Shown: piece by piece, positions 48,001 to 62,700 of the stretch
Layout: every line of letters starts with the position of its first letter
Position numbering within the stretch: the first letter of the stretch is position 1
NCBI RefSeq assembly: GCF_001194135.2
Contig: NC_068993.1
Coordinates: 55,477,165 to 55,541,164, forward strand
DNA length: 64,000 nucleotides
Reading direction: 5' to 3'
Origin: Octopus bimaculoides
Lineage: Eukaryota
Program-made: the position numbers and the translations under genes
The notes under the pieces: generated by a model
What the model saw: the letters and a program-made list of their open reading frames with translations, nothing else
Databases searched by the model: none
What the model was told of the DNA's origin: nothing

Positions 48001-51000
48001 GAATATCTCCAGCTCTTAACACTCAACTGTTCAAACCATTCACTCACCTATTTGACCTCTCTCTCTCTCTCTCTAACTCAACCCTTTCATTCTCAAAGTC
48101 TGTTTATCTATATAAATATCTATTTTCTATTTCTATCTCTCCTCTTTCTTCCTATCTCCTCTCTATCTATCTATCTATCTCTTTCTCTCTCTCTCTAATC
48201 TAAATACTCCTTTTCACTGAAATGTTGTCTAATTAAGTTCTAAAGCCTTTTAATGAAGTATTGAAAACCCGAATAGATTTATACCAAATTTATTACCAGA
48301 CACCTGTCCATTGCCATGGGAAAGGACAAAATGACCGGCAAAATACAGCTTTTAAGGTAAATTCTCTCAATTTCTCGTCTGAAAAAAATTGAGATATTTT
48401 GCAAACCTAGTGCCATTCTGTTGCTCAGCAATAATGATATGATCTGTCATATGTAGTCTTTTTTATTATTATTTATCATTATTATTATTTTATTTTACTG
48501 TTATTATAGTTTCATTTATTTACTTTTTTTTTTTTTTATAACTCCCTTATCGCCAAATTTATTAATCTCTGCTTGTAATGTGTGTTCAGTGATCTGAATG
48601 TTTTCATATATATTTATTTTTTTTAATTGTCTGCTCACATTCATTCAATAGGCAACTTTTTTTTTCTTTCCGTTCATATTATTCAAGACAAAACCTGTTT
48701 CTGTATTGCCTTCCAGTTGTCCACTCTAAAGTCCTTCTATCATTTCTTAACTTGGTTTAATCTACAAACCAAGCAGCATGTTTCACTGCAATGATGATAA
48801 GATAGCCTTTTTCAAATAATGTACATTTTTCCAGTTTAATTTTTGTTTTGTTCATTTTTCTTTTTAGTTTTATATTTTAGTTATTATATCCTCATTTATA
48901 AGCACCTTTATTTTTTTTTTATCTCTACTATCTTTATTTGATAATTTTTTTTAAAATGTTTAAAAAGTCAGTGGTGTAGTTGTATTAGTGCTGTCTTTAA
49001 TTTTGGGGTAAAAAAAAAACCCATAAATGTTGACTCTTAAACACCAAATCTAATTATACCTTGTACTATTTATTCCAACTTTTGGGAAGAAGACACTTTG
49101 TCTTCAACATAAGTATGTGAAACTTCACTTGTTCATTTATTTCTTATTTTCTATGCCAGTCAGTTGTATGTATGTATGTATGTTTGTATGTATGTCTCTG
49201 TCTTGGATCCAACTCTTTGCATGTAGTAATTGAAAAGATGGATTAACAAATCTAATAATTATTGTTTCCCCACACTCTATGTTAATTTTTGGTGGCCAAT
49301 CCAAAATAAACTTTCCAAGAATATTGTTTGTAAATGTTTCAATCTTGTATTATAATGAAATAAATGTTTATTTCAAGAAAGTACTCATTAATACCTTAGC
49401 GGTAGGAATTAGCCTAAACTTAGAAATAGCTGGTGGGTAAGGTAAGAGTTGCTTTCGGATCAAATGCTACTCTACATTGATTAATAAAGCTATGTTAGAT
49501 ATACACCCACCGCACATTCTATTTATTATAATCAGGAAAAGATTTAACACTTGAAAACAAAACGTAATATTTCCGTGTATGTATTTCACACTAATAACTA
49601 CCATAGCCATTAATAGTTACTATAACTACCAATATCTTCTATCACTTCTGTAGCTACCAATAACTATTATAGCAGTCACCAATATCTTTCAAAACTGTGT
49701 TATGCTGTATGTCTGTATGTGTGCATGAAGTATTAATGGATTGATGAATTTCTGTTGCATTTTATTTTATGTATAAATGATTTTGTTTTTTTGTTTGTTT
49801 TTTTCCTATAAATCCATAGCTTACCTGGTATGTGACATGTTGATTAGACCCGGGTCATGAACGCATTATCTTTAAAACTGGAGTTGGTGGAGCTAATTTT
49901 TATTTGCTTAGTAATTATTGATAAAAAAAAAATATTTTGATTTCTAGATTTTAGTATTTTCTGGGATTGCAAAAGAAACACTCTTAAGTATTACTTACAT
50001 GGATGAGATTTGTCCCAAGTCTCAGGAGATATCCCCACCTCCCTGTCCTAGATTTGCCATGCAAGATACCACATGTACTCCATCACCACATAAAATCTGA
50101 GCTCATTTTTTATCTTTCTGCCTGCTAATTATTCTATTGGTCACCTCCGGATCATAAGCACACCAGCACAAGTTGTCAATTGGTGGTAGGGGACAAACAC
50201 AAAGGAACACACTCACACACGTACATATTGTCTGTCCTTTTATGCTTCATTCTAAGAATGCTTTTGGTCAAATTCTCTACACAAAAAATTACTGTCTGCA
50301 TTTTGGTAATTATTTTTAACGCTCAGGCACTTCCAGAAAGCACACGTGCTGGTGCCACATAAAAAGCACCTGTAAAATGGTTGGTGTTCGGAAGAGTATC
50401 CGGCTGCACAAACTTTGTGGAAACAAACAAATGGAGACGGGTGCAGCTTGCCAGCGATGATGATGATGATGATGATGAATAAAAGGCAATTTTATTTGCA
50501 AACTGCTCTGAGAATTTTTTTCTTTTCTTCACAACAAAATTTTACTTGTCATTAACTTAAATTCGTCTTAGGTTAAATTTGGGGAAAAATTTTACATTCT
50601 GATATTCTTATTAAGGTGTGTGGATAGCAGAATCAGCAAAATGCCTTGTATTTAGTTGTGTCCATTTACTTTTAGAGTTCAAATCTTACAGGTGTTGGAC
50701 CTCATCTATTGTTCTGATGTCAGTAAAAGACTCACCTCTTGTACTGGTGCCCATATCATTGACTTTATCCTCCACTCCCCATATTTGTGGTCTGATGCTT
50801 CTTGTAAAAATTATTAATAATTGCTATGCTTTTTAAAGCGGCAAGCTACCAGAATCATTAACACGCTGGACAAAACAGCGGTATTTTGTCCGTTTTTATG
50901 TCCTAAATTCAAATTCCACTGAGATCAACTTTGCCTTTTTGGATCGATAAGATAAGTACCAGTTGAGTTCTGGGGTCAATGTAATCGACTTACCCCCTCC

Positions 51001-54000
51001 TCAAATTTGAGGTCTTGCACTTTTTGTAAAAAATAATTCCTATGCTTCATAAGGCAACAAGCTGGCAAAACCATTGTTATGCTGGGCAAAAAATGGTTGG
51101 CGGTATTTCATCAATCTTTACAGTCTGCATTAAAATTTTGCCAAGGTTGACTTTGCCTTTCATCCTTTTGGTGTCGATTAAAATAAGGACCGGTTGAGCC
51201 CTGGGGGTCAATGCAACTGACTTCGCCCTCCACCCCTGTCCCCTGAAATTAATGGCGTTGTGCCAGAATCTGACACCAATAATTAATGTTTTGAATTCAA
51301 ATCCCCCAAGATCAACTTTGCCTTTCATCTTGCTGGAGGTTAATAAAATAAAGTACCAGTAAAGTACTGGGTTGGTTTAATTGATTAACCTTCCACTTTC
51401 CCCCTTCCCCCCACAAATTCCTGACCATGTGTCTATATTAGAAGTAATAATTATTATTAAGTTGGCAAACTGGCAGAACCATTAGTGTGTTGGTTGATGT
51501 TTTGCCTTTTATCCTGTGGGGTCTATAAAATATGCACCAGTCAAGCATTAAGGGCACTGTAATTGACTAGCCCTGCCTCTAAAATTACAGGGCTTGTGCC
51601 TCTAGAAGAAACTATTATTATTTATCATGTTTTTAAGATGGCAAGCTGGCAAAATGGTGAGCAGCATTTCATCATCTGCCTTTATGTTCTGAGTTCAAAT
51701 TCCGTTGTAGCTAACTCTGCCTTTCATCTTTTCAGGGTTGATAAAATAAAATACCAGCTGAGTACGGGGGGGGGGGGTTGATGTAATAGATTTACTCCCA
51801 TCGCCCAAACTTGCTGGCTTTGTACCTAAATGTGAAACCATTATTATCATTATTAATTCTTTAAGTATTATAGTTATTAATCTGCAAGTGGTAGATTAAA
51901 ACACTTTTTACGGTAACTAATTGCATACACCTGTGTTCTGAATTTCAATTCCACTAACACAGGCTTTGCCTTTTATCCTTCATGGTTTCATAAAATAAAT
52001 ACTTGTTAATATGCTGTTAATATTCACTCACCTGTATTTCCCCCCCCCCCTGCTCTAAATACTTCACTTTGAGCCTATGTTAAGAATCATTATTTACAAC
52101 TGTAGTCTTATCAAACTGTTTGCAATTAAACAATTATCATTCAATGAATTTCAATTTGGAAAATTTAATTCGCTGCAATTTATTGTATTGATGAGATATT
52201 TTTATATCTTTATAAATTATGCAAAACATTAAGAATGTCATTACTTTTTTTTTTTAATCAACTTTGTCTCTTTTCTTTAATACAATTACCAATGTCTTTT
52301 TAATGTTGACTCTATGCAGTTTGCATATTTATTTGTACATCTTATTTTTCAATCGAATTTTTAAAAGCTTGTCTGATTTTTTTTTCCTTCTTTCTCTCAT
52401 GTAATCTAAACCCTTCTGCATTGTTTCTTATATACAAAAATATTCCTATCTATATATATATATTGTGAGACATACATGAAAAAATGCACCTATATGTGAC
52501 AGAGGAAAAGGTCTCTACACAAAAATATAGATTACTTTATTATAACTGAATTTCTATTTCCATGCCTTATATTGAACATAAATTAACTTTTCCCAGAAAA
52601 GCAAATAAAAAGTGATGACAAATGGACTAGGAACTAAATGTACAAAGTTGTTCACGTCCAGGATTCCTTATAATCAGCTTTTAACTGTTTGCCATATATG
52701 GTAGAATAACTCTATTGCACATCCTAACCAAACAAAATATCACCATCATGAAAGACAATTTCTCTAAAGTAACACATTTAAAATATATTTATAAAATAAG
52801 GTTACCGGTGGCTTTAGGTGACACTATGAAACAATGCGAGACATAACTATTAATACTTCCCTTCCTCTTTTATTCTCTGTTTTCTCCATTTCTCTTTTGC
52901 TTTTTACCCCACCTGCTGTTTGTGGCTTACATGTCAGGGTATAGTCATTGCTTAGGTAAAACTACTTTACTACCCTAATCTGTATGAACTAATGAGAAGC
53001 CACTGAAAGAATGATGCCGAAGCCAGTATAGTCCAAGATATACAAAAGAATACTCGTTGGCCATAACTGGGACACTTGTGGTCACAAGACTGCTCAAACT
53101 GGACTCAGTGGTATGCAACAGTATGAGTACTCACTTCAGTGTTTTACATTTAAATCTCAGAACAGTGATCCTTATAAAGATCTATTCTAGCTGGGTCAGG
53201 TCTTACAGCTTAGTTTTATTTCTTGGCTATTCCTAGAACCCTTCATGTATTAAAATACTGTACCTTATTGTGGTATACTCAGAGTAAACCAAGTCTTACA
53301 CAATTTCATATCCTGTCTGTATCCATTTCACATATTGTTTATACTCTTGAAAATGGCATGAATATCGTTACTTCTGCCTCTTCCGTGAAGTTATTAAATA
53401 TAATTACCCACAGAGAGATTATACTGATGACAATTTCTCTGAAGAAAATAAGCTGGATGTTAAACAATATATTTTAATGTCTTCTAGTTCAGGATTTCAT
53501 TTATGCCACTTACAGAAACTGAAGTACTCCTTGCTCCTTCAGTAATAACTGTAGTAGTGTTTGTTTGTGGTAGTAGGTTCTGGCACTAAGCTTTGCTTTT
53601 TGTTTAAAAAAAAAGAAAGTGCTCTCTCATCACTCCTTTAATTTCTATCAGCATTATCTGTAACCTAGTTACTGCCTCCTTCTACTTAATATTATTGTGC
53701 TGAAAATGGTCAAATAATGGTGTGCCTATATCGAATGTTTGTACTGACCTCTTATTATTGAGTTGTTATCTAGGTGTTTTATGACTGAGTAGTTGACTGC
53801 ATGCATATATATATCAGTTGTGATTTTATATATGTGTATATATAATCTGGATCCTGACATTAGCCATTTGGCTGGAGTGTCAACAGTTTGTGCAATATCA
53901 CCCTGCCACATGCCTTATAGCAGCTGGATGGGCTGGACTCTAGAGGCTGGTCAATTAAAATAAAGTAGAATGGGAAAGACATTTGCTGTCCAGACTGAAC

Positions 54001-55708
54001 AGTGTGTGTGTGTGTGTGTTTGGCCCTATATCACAGATAAGGGTAGGTGGAAATTTTGGGTGGGAAACCAACTGTATGTCCACAGATTTGTGGAGTTATT
54101 GCAGGTTACCTGCAATAAGTTTGCCGTTAGAGATAGAGAATTAGCAAATCTTTTGGGAAAATTAATCTGTGTTCACATTTGACAGGCTGCCATCTTCCTG
54201 CCGATGTCCTATGATCTGTAATTATTGAAGAAAAGGTTTACCTGTGCAATTGTTTTCTTTGTCAATTTGTTTTTGACATTTTCTATAGGAAAATGTCAAA
54301 AGACCATTTGTGGCCTTTTTTTTTTTTTTTTTTTTTTTTTNNNNNNNNNNNNNNNNNNNNNNNNNNNNNNNNNNNNNNNNNNNNNNNNNNNNNNNNNNNN
54401 NNNNNNNNNNNNNNNNNNNNNNNNNNNNNNNNNNNNNNNNNNNNNNNNNNNNNNNNNNNNNNNNNNNNNNNNNNNNNNNNNNNNNNNNNNNNNNNNNNNN
54501 NNNNNNNNNNNNNNNNNNNNNNNNNNNNNNNNNNNNNNNNNNNNNNNNNNNNNNNNNNNNNNNNNNNNNNNNNNGGGGGGGTATTTTTAATTCCATGTGT
54601 AGCTGGTTTAAAGGATTGATCTCCCTCTTGAATAATTAATTTCAGTATTCTACTTATGCTTTATTCACTCCAAGAGGGATGAAACTAAGTCACGATACTG
54701 ACTATCTCTACATTGTTACCAAATCAACGCCTTGAATATACTTGAAGGAAGAATATCAGCCCATAACTAACACTTGCTGGCATTTAATTTAGTCTTCCTA
54801 CCTTCAATGAAAAATAAAATATATTGAGGTTGTATTAATCAGTTTTGACCTTTCTCTGTAAAAGAAAGAAACCTATTAGAGTTTGGGGGTTTATTTAGTC
54901 GTTTGTTTTTTGTTTTTTATTTTACTTTGGGACAATTTTTTTGTATATTTGTTATTTCTCCACTCCTTCGTTTTATATTAATCTAAATTTATCAGTTTTG
55001 TAGCACAGAGAAGTAATAAGCTACATGATTATGGCATTGCATTCAATAATTAAAGCAGGGGTGGCTATGTTGTAAGAAACTTGCTTCCCAACTACACGGT
55101 TCAAGGTTCAATCTCACTGCATGGCACCTTGGGCAAGTGTCTTCTACCATTGCCTCAGGTTGACTAAAGCCTTGAGTGGGTTTGGTAGACGGAAACTTGT
55201 TAGTGGATTTGGTAGAAAGAAAGCCGTCTTGTGTTTGTCCCCTACCACTGCTAGACAACCAGTGTTGGTGTGTTTATATCCCCGTAACTTAGTGTTTCAG
55301 CAAAAGAGTCCAATAGAATAAATAAGTGCCGGGTTTAACAAAAAAATATTACTGTAGTCGATTCATTTGGTTAAAAATTCAAGGTGGTGCCCAAGCATGG
55401 CTACAATCTAATGAGTGAAACAAATTAATGCTAAAAGATAAAGCATCTTAATGTTGTTGATATAGTTCTCTCTAGCTGTGGTGGAATGCATTGTTTTAAG
55501 TTGTCTTCATTTTCTTCCCCCACCCCATTCCAACTGATTCTAACATGTACATATTATATATAACATTATAGACCAGACCTGGGTTTGCATCTATTTTGCC
55601 AATTAACCATACACATGTCAATAAGAAGTAACTGGTTTGTTGATTGAATCCAATAATTTATAGCCTGGATTAGCAGTTTTTTTTTTAATATTCATGTTCT
55701 TTTGCATG

Positions 55709-55762
<54 letters not shown>

Positions 55763-56741
55763 GTTTTAAAGCCTTTTCATAATGATGTACTCCTCATTCA
55801 CCATTTTCATTTTTCAGCCTTAACAATTCATTAGTCCAATTACCCAGTTTTTCAAACCATTTTACTCTATAATTCTAGGACTTCTGGGATTTCGTTAGAT
55901 AGTACTTAGTAATTTAACCCATTTCCAATCAGATTTACTGTTTCTGGTAACACTATCCTATTGTTAGATGCTAAAGCCATTTGGCTTATCATGGACTTTC
56001 ACCAATACTTCTCACAGCTAACAAAATTATTGTTCCCTTCAGCCAAGCATCACATTTAAATAGTTTTTTATTCAGGCATTCAAGCTCTCATTTGTCATCA
56101 GTCACCATAAATAGCATTCATTGTGTGATTGTGTTACTCCTGTACCATACTTGCGAATGAGAGTTAATATATGCTTTGTTGTTTCACATTACTAATGTGT
56201 CGTTTATGGACAGAATTACATGTTGTCTTCTCTGAAACTTGCTTTCTTTTCTCATTTATTTTCTTATTTTATTTTGTTTCTTTCCAGGAGGGAGAAATGC
56301 CTTTAGAGAACTTATTGGCTATGTATGGTTGTAATAACAACACACCCGAGACGTTGGAGTCCAGCTGCTTTCAGGACACACGATCGAGTAGCGAAGAAGA
56401 GATTCTCAGCAGCCAAGACCTCACCCTAGACAAAGAGGAGATTGCACGTGACCTTCTCTCCAACAGTGATGAAGATGACAAAGAAACAAATGTAAACGAC
56501 CTTCTCGACAGTGTTTCATCGTCACAAACTGCCCGTCTACTTCGATGTGAGTTTCACCTCTCTTTACTTTCTTTTACTCTTACACTCGTTTCAGTCATTT
56601 GACTGTGGCCATGCTAGAGCACCGCCTTTAGTTGAGCAAATCGACCCCAGGACTTATTCTATCGGTCTCTTTTGCCGAACCACTAAGTTACGGGGACGTA
56701 AACACACCAGCATCGGTTGTCAAGCGATGTTGCGGGGACAA

Positions 56742-56773
<32 letters not shown>

Positions 56774-59700
56774 CATCATCATCATCATCATCATCATCGT
56801 TTAACATCCGCTTTCCATGCTAGCATGGGTTGGACGATTTGACTGAGGACTGGTGAAACCGGATGGCAACACCAGGCTCCAATCTAAATTTGGCAGAGTT
56901 TCTACAGCTGGGTGCCCTTNNNNNNNNNNNNNNNNNNNNNNNNNNNNNNNNNNNNNNNNNNNNNNNNNNNNNNNNNNNNNNNNNNNTTCCATTTACCAAA
57001 TCCACTCACATGGCTTTGGTCGGGCCGAGGCTATAGTAGACACTTGCCCAAGGTGCCACACAGTGGGACTTTTTTTAATTAAAAAAATTTTTTTTTAATT
57101 AAATTTATCATTTTAATTATTTAAGGCAGCAAGCTGATAGAATCATTCTCATGTTGCACAAAGTACTTGGCAGCATTTCTTTTGGCTCTATACATTCTGA
57201 GGTTAATTTTGCCTTTCATCCTTTTGGGGGTCTATAAAATCAGTACCAGTCGAACACTGGAATTGATATCATCGACCTCCCTCCCTCCCTTAGAATTGCC
57301 AAATGAAGGCATGCGACTTGGTTCGATTCCCAGCAGGACATTGTGTCCTTGAGTGAAACACTTTCACATTGCTCCACTCCACTCAGCTAGCAAAAATGGA
57401 ATGAATCATCACTATCATCGCCGTTTAATATCCACTTTCCATGTTGGCATGGGTTGGATGGTTTGACTGAGGACTGGCAAGCAAGGAGGCTGCACCAGGC
57501 TCCAATCTAATCTGGCAAGGTTTCTACAGCTGGATGCCCTTCCTACTGCCAGCCACTCCAAGAGTGTAGTGGGTGCTTTTTACGTGCCACTAACATTGGA
57601 GCCAGTCAGGTGGTACTGGCATGTGCCTGTATTTCAAAGGGCCATCCTTGTCACGTTCTGTGTCACACTAAATCTGCTTGGAGTCTACTTTAAGGCTGTG
57701 CATATCTGTGGAGTGCTCAGCCACATGCACGTTAATTCTGCTATAACCCCAGGCCAACCAATACCTTGTGAGTGGATATGGTAGGTGGAAACTAAAAGAA
57801 GCCTGTCGTGTGTGTATATGTTGTTATATCTATGTTACTTGGAAACAGGTAAGGATTGATGACAGGAAAAGCATCTGTCCAAAGAAAAGTGGGCATTATA
57901 AAACAACAACGATGATGATGATAGCAGTTAGCAAACAGATATTATTATATATCATGTATTAGCAACTAGCAGATGGCTGGTGTTTCATCTATTAAATATT
58001 GACAGCCAGCAAGCAAACAGCGTTGCTGTTGTTATATTATTTATTATTTATTAACTGCTAGCAGACAGGCAGTGTTGTTGTGATGGGGTGTTGTTATATA
58101 TTTACAGCTAGCAGACAGATATGTGGTGTTATTATGACGATGTTATTTATTATATATTAACAGCTAACAGTCAGACGGGCAGCGAAGATGATGACCCAGA
58201 TGATTATGATTACCAACCAGAAAATGAAGAAGATTGGAAAAAGGTAAATATTCTTCAAGTTTTGGTCGTTCTGCCATTGGAGTGTCAGAAACAGATTTGT
58301 ATTGTGTATAGTGCGGTTCAAATTCCATGAAGGCTGACTTTGCTGTTCATCCTTCTAATTGTGTACTAAAGACAACTATATCATATTCGGTTACAAACTT
58401 ATGCTAATGTGACATCTTTTCTTTGTATGTGCTTTGTTAGATAAGATTCTTTGTTTAGACTAGTGGACCACTGATTATATGATCAATGGTTCAAATCTGA
58501 AGCCAATATTTTTTTTAACCAGTCAGGCAAGCTGCTTCATCTTGCTTGGCTGGTTAAAAATTAGTTCTATACCTACTTCAACAAATTAGTTGCATTGTTG
58601 ATAGAAAGATCATTGTTAATCGGCTGTGTGTTTAATTATTAAATTGTCCCATTGTACAATTCCTCGGGAATTTGTAGTAGGTATAAGGCTAGTGATGAGA
58701 GGGAATTTACTGTAGTTTATCAGTATGTTGTTGAGAATGGTAAGACATTTTGCCCAAGATGTCATGCAATAGAATCAGAACCACAACCTCATGATTGCAA
58801 AACAAACTTCTTGACCACTCACTTATTCCATAATACCCTCAAGAGTTTCAGACCCGACTTCTCTGATGTTCTCCTTCAGTTGCACCAGGGTCTGCAGTTT
58901 CATCATAAACCCTCTCTTTCAGGTATCCATGACTGAGACCTTTTTGCGCCCAGCCATTCAAAGTAGACCTCACATGTGTTTCCAGCAAGATGAGGTAACT
59001 GCTCATACCACAAAGAGAAACAATGCAGTTGCTACGGCAGTGCTTTGGAGAGAGAATAATCTCCTGCTACGACAATGTCAGCTGGCCCTCACGTTGCCCA
59101 GACTTGACTAGCACGGAGTTTTTCTTGTGGGGATACCTGAAAGAGAGGGTTTATGTCAGCAAACCGGAGACACTGGTGCAACTGAAGAACGTCAATAGAG
59201 AAATCAGAGAAGTGGGGCCTGAAACTCTTGAGGGTGTTATGGTGCAAGTTTTGGAAAGATGAGGGGGCTTTAAACCGATCAGGATATGGGAAAAGTAGAG
59301 ATATTAAACGGTGATGAGATGGAAGCTATTGAGATTTCAACCCTTTTGTTACCATATATAATCCTGAAATTTACTCTTTGTTTCGGTTAATTTTGAAAAT
59401 AATTAAGAATTTATAAAAATAACTCTGTTCTTATTAAGCTGTTGTTTTAGAATATAAAGGGACATGAAATTATTACAGGTTTTTAATTTAGCTCACTTTG
59501 CAACAGGGAATTGGTGTTTTGGTCAGGTTGGTATCAAAAAGTTTAAACAATGGGAAGATGAAGGCTGTGGAGGTTTTAAACATCATCATCTTCATGGTAT
59601 TCTGAAAATCTTTTACCTTACCTCTTTCAGGTTATTCAAGTTGGTCACGACTATCAGGCTCAAGTACCTGAAGGACTTAGTTCGTATGGTGATGCACCAG

Positions 59701-62700
59701 GTAAGTTACTTAGCAAACCACCACCATTCCATATTGTTAGACAACTTGCATTGTTGGTAGGATGGTGTGAGAGGAAGAAAACACCAGGATTTCCTTTTGC
59801 TGTGTCATCCAGTGTCAAGAACTTCGAGCAAGTTCTCTGTTAGCCCACTTCACAAACTAGGTTCAACAACTGACTATAGCCATAACTTGGAAATGGGGAA
59901 CAGTACTCAAGGTAAGCTCTATGCAGGGTGTTCGACTATCAAAAAGACAATAGTTGAGTTTAGGGTATAAATTAATTTCACTGTGCTTTCTAAAAATCTG
60001 GGAATCTCAACAGTGGAAAGTATATAATAATTAAAAAGTATTCGTATAGATGTACACGTGGAGCTCTAGTGTAATGTAATGAATAAGATTATTCTGCAGA
60101 ACATTTTATGGGCATTAAATACTTGGCCACAATAGGGACCACAAACAGGATTTTCATTGCTGCTGTCTGAGTGTCATAACTAATTAACTACTGGCATTCT
60201 GTCAGTTATGACAAACAAGGGTTCCAGTTGATTTGATCAATGGAACAGCCTGCTCATGAAATTAATGTGCAGGTGGCTGAGCACTCCACAGACATGTGTA
60301 ACCTTAACATAGTTCTCAGGGAGATTCAGTGTGACATCGTTGGCCCTTTGAATTACAGGCAGAACTCATTTTTGCCAGTTGAGTGGACTGGAGCAGCGTG
60401 AAATAAAGTGTCTTGTTCAAGGACACAACATGCCACCAGGAGTCAAACTCGTGACCTTACAATTGTGGGCCAAGTACCCCGACCACTAAGCTATGCACCT
60501 GGGTTTCATGCATGTCTATGATAATAAATTACTACCATGTTTGCAGAAGATAGTGGAACCCCTGCAGTATATGTTGAATTTTTTTCTTTTTTTTTTTTAT
60601 CCTTATCTACTGATAAAAGGGTTTGTAACAATGTATGTCCTAATTTTTGGTTTATTCACAGCATATGAAAATGAGGACCGATTATTATGGGACCCCAGCA
60701 AGTTAGAAGATAGTGAAGGTCAGTCAGCTTTCCATTTATCACAGCACTGTGTGTGTTCAGAAGTATTTAGGTGACAGCTTTACTCTAATAGATATAGTAC
60801 TAAAAATACAAGTGTGCATTTGAGTTCTTCTTTTCCATTTATTTTCATGACTAACTGCTCAATACTGCTCTTAGTTATGTGTTACCTGGGATTGCTAGTA
60901 ATTTGACTGCTTTTAATATAATTTTATGTGGCAATCAGATTGTATCATTCATATATATATGTATCAGTAAAGAAAAAAAATTTTTTGATATTTCAATAAA
61001 CCCTTGGGAAATTTTGAATAGTTGAAATTGATTATTATTCAATTTCTGCTAAGATTAAGTTACTGCTAGTATGGATGTAATCTTCTATGCCATCTCCCTC
61101 CAAATAAATATGTGGCATTGTACGGTGGGGGGGGGGTCTCTGAAAGGGGTCTCAGGGAGTAGTGGCCCTGCCTTCCTGAGCTAGTTTTTCGCCACGTTTC
61201 TTAAAACTTGTNNNNNNNNNNAGTAAGCAAGGGCATGCTCCCTATAGAACATCCAGCTCCAAGAATGCCTCATGATAGCAAAGGAGAATGGGCACCAGCC
61301 AGCCCAAAGATTGGGGTAGGCTGTACCTGAAAAAGGGTGATGCCCAAAACCGGGTGAGATGGTGTGAGGGCGGTTGCTATAGCATTGAAGTAGATACAGC
61401 CACCCCCATTAACGGGGAAAAAACCCAGATTTAAAACACTGGATGATGATGATGTAGTGGAGGTGGATTGATCAAACACTGGGCTGAGTTTGAATCCTAC
61501 CACCTTGTGACTTTATTTGTTAGATAGAAACTGAAAGAAGACTCATCTATGTGTACTATCTTCATGCTTATGCATGTTGTTGTCACTTTCTCTTGTCAAC
61601 AAATCATCTGGGCACCTTATGTCTTCAAAGCCCTGGGGAATAAGGAATCTCCTGCTCAAGAAGCAGGGAAGGGATAATGTTAGGAATAGTATCCTGCTAT
61701 AAAATAGTACCTCAAATAGCTTATTCACCTAACTCGTGCAAGCATGGAAAAGCCAACATAAAAATCAATGAATGAATGAAATTCTATGTTTATGTTGTGA
61801 AAATGATTGTCTTCCTCAGTATGAATTTATCAGAAGAGTAAAGAATATGGAATGTTCTGTTATAGAAATATATCCAATAATTACAGCTATAAATTGAACA
61901 AATGACATTGCTGTAGTAAAATATACATTTATCTATGATTTGAAAAATGGCACTTTATTGAGTAAAAAAAAAATTCTTAATATGTAACGGTGTGTACCTT
62001 TGTAGATGACAATTACATTTACTAGTGGTAGAAGTCACACTATTTTATACTTTACTTTATTTAAGTGAAAGAATTAAGGTGGGACTTATACACAAGATGA
62101 AGCTAAACCTATGGAGGGAGAAAATTTTGTGCTAAGATTTGACATTCAGTTGGGAGTACAACTTGTACATGAATGAATATTCGATATATAAGAATGGTTA
62201 GGGCAAAACAGTGATAATTATATATTTCTGATTGTGCAAAATAATGAGAAGGTACACAATTTACATTGTTGCGTTTATCTCTTTAGCCAAACTTTTCGGT
62301 TTATTGTCTTTTGTGGCTTGGCCATCCCTCCCTTCTATGCAAAAAAACACTTGTTTATAAATATATATATATATTACTCTGTAGTATTTTGTTTTGATGG
62401 GGGGCTATTAGAATCCAGGTTTTGATTACTGTAAGATTATTTTGAGTTTGTTATAGCAATTGTCTGAACTATTCTGATTTCTTCTTCAGAGATACCAGTA
62501 ATGTTATTGGGATGTTATTCAATGCTTTCTTTCTTTTTTCGCTTTCTAGTTTGCAGTTACCTTCAACAATTCCAGGCTCAGAGTGTACAAAGTGCTGTCA
62601 ATAACGTTCCTACAGGAACACATGTTCGAGACGATGAACAGGTTGGTTAAATATACTTTATTCCTTTCTCATATAGATTAGCATCAGCTGAAGTGGTTAA

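Noticed and set aside
48310-48356. ATG-initiated mini-exon MGKDKMTGKIQLL with gtaaat donor as an alternative MIER1 start
   Set aside because: Ends in phase 2, incompatible with the phase-0 start of exon 4
52813-52827. 15-nt match to the SP6 phage promoter (TTTAGGTGACACTAT)
   Set aside because: Both ends of the 18-mer mismatch and no vector or polylinker sequence flanks it; treated as chance
2672-54639. Long ORFs in the supplied track that span N runs (for example 13713-14818, 18453-19667, 30308-31393)
   Set aside because: Artefacts of X translation across assembly gaps; only short real exons inside some of them are supported
56840-56875. CTGAGGA...GAAAC as a hammerhead core
   Set aside because: No stem II or stem I; part of a common (GAT)n-tailed repeat whose other copies lack GAAAC
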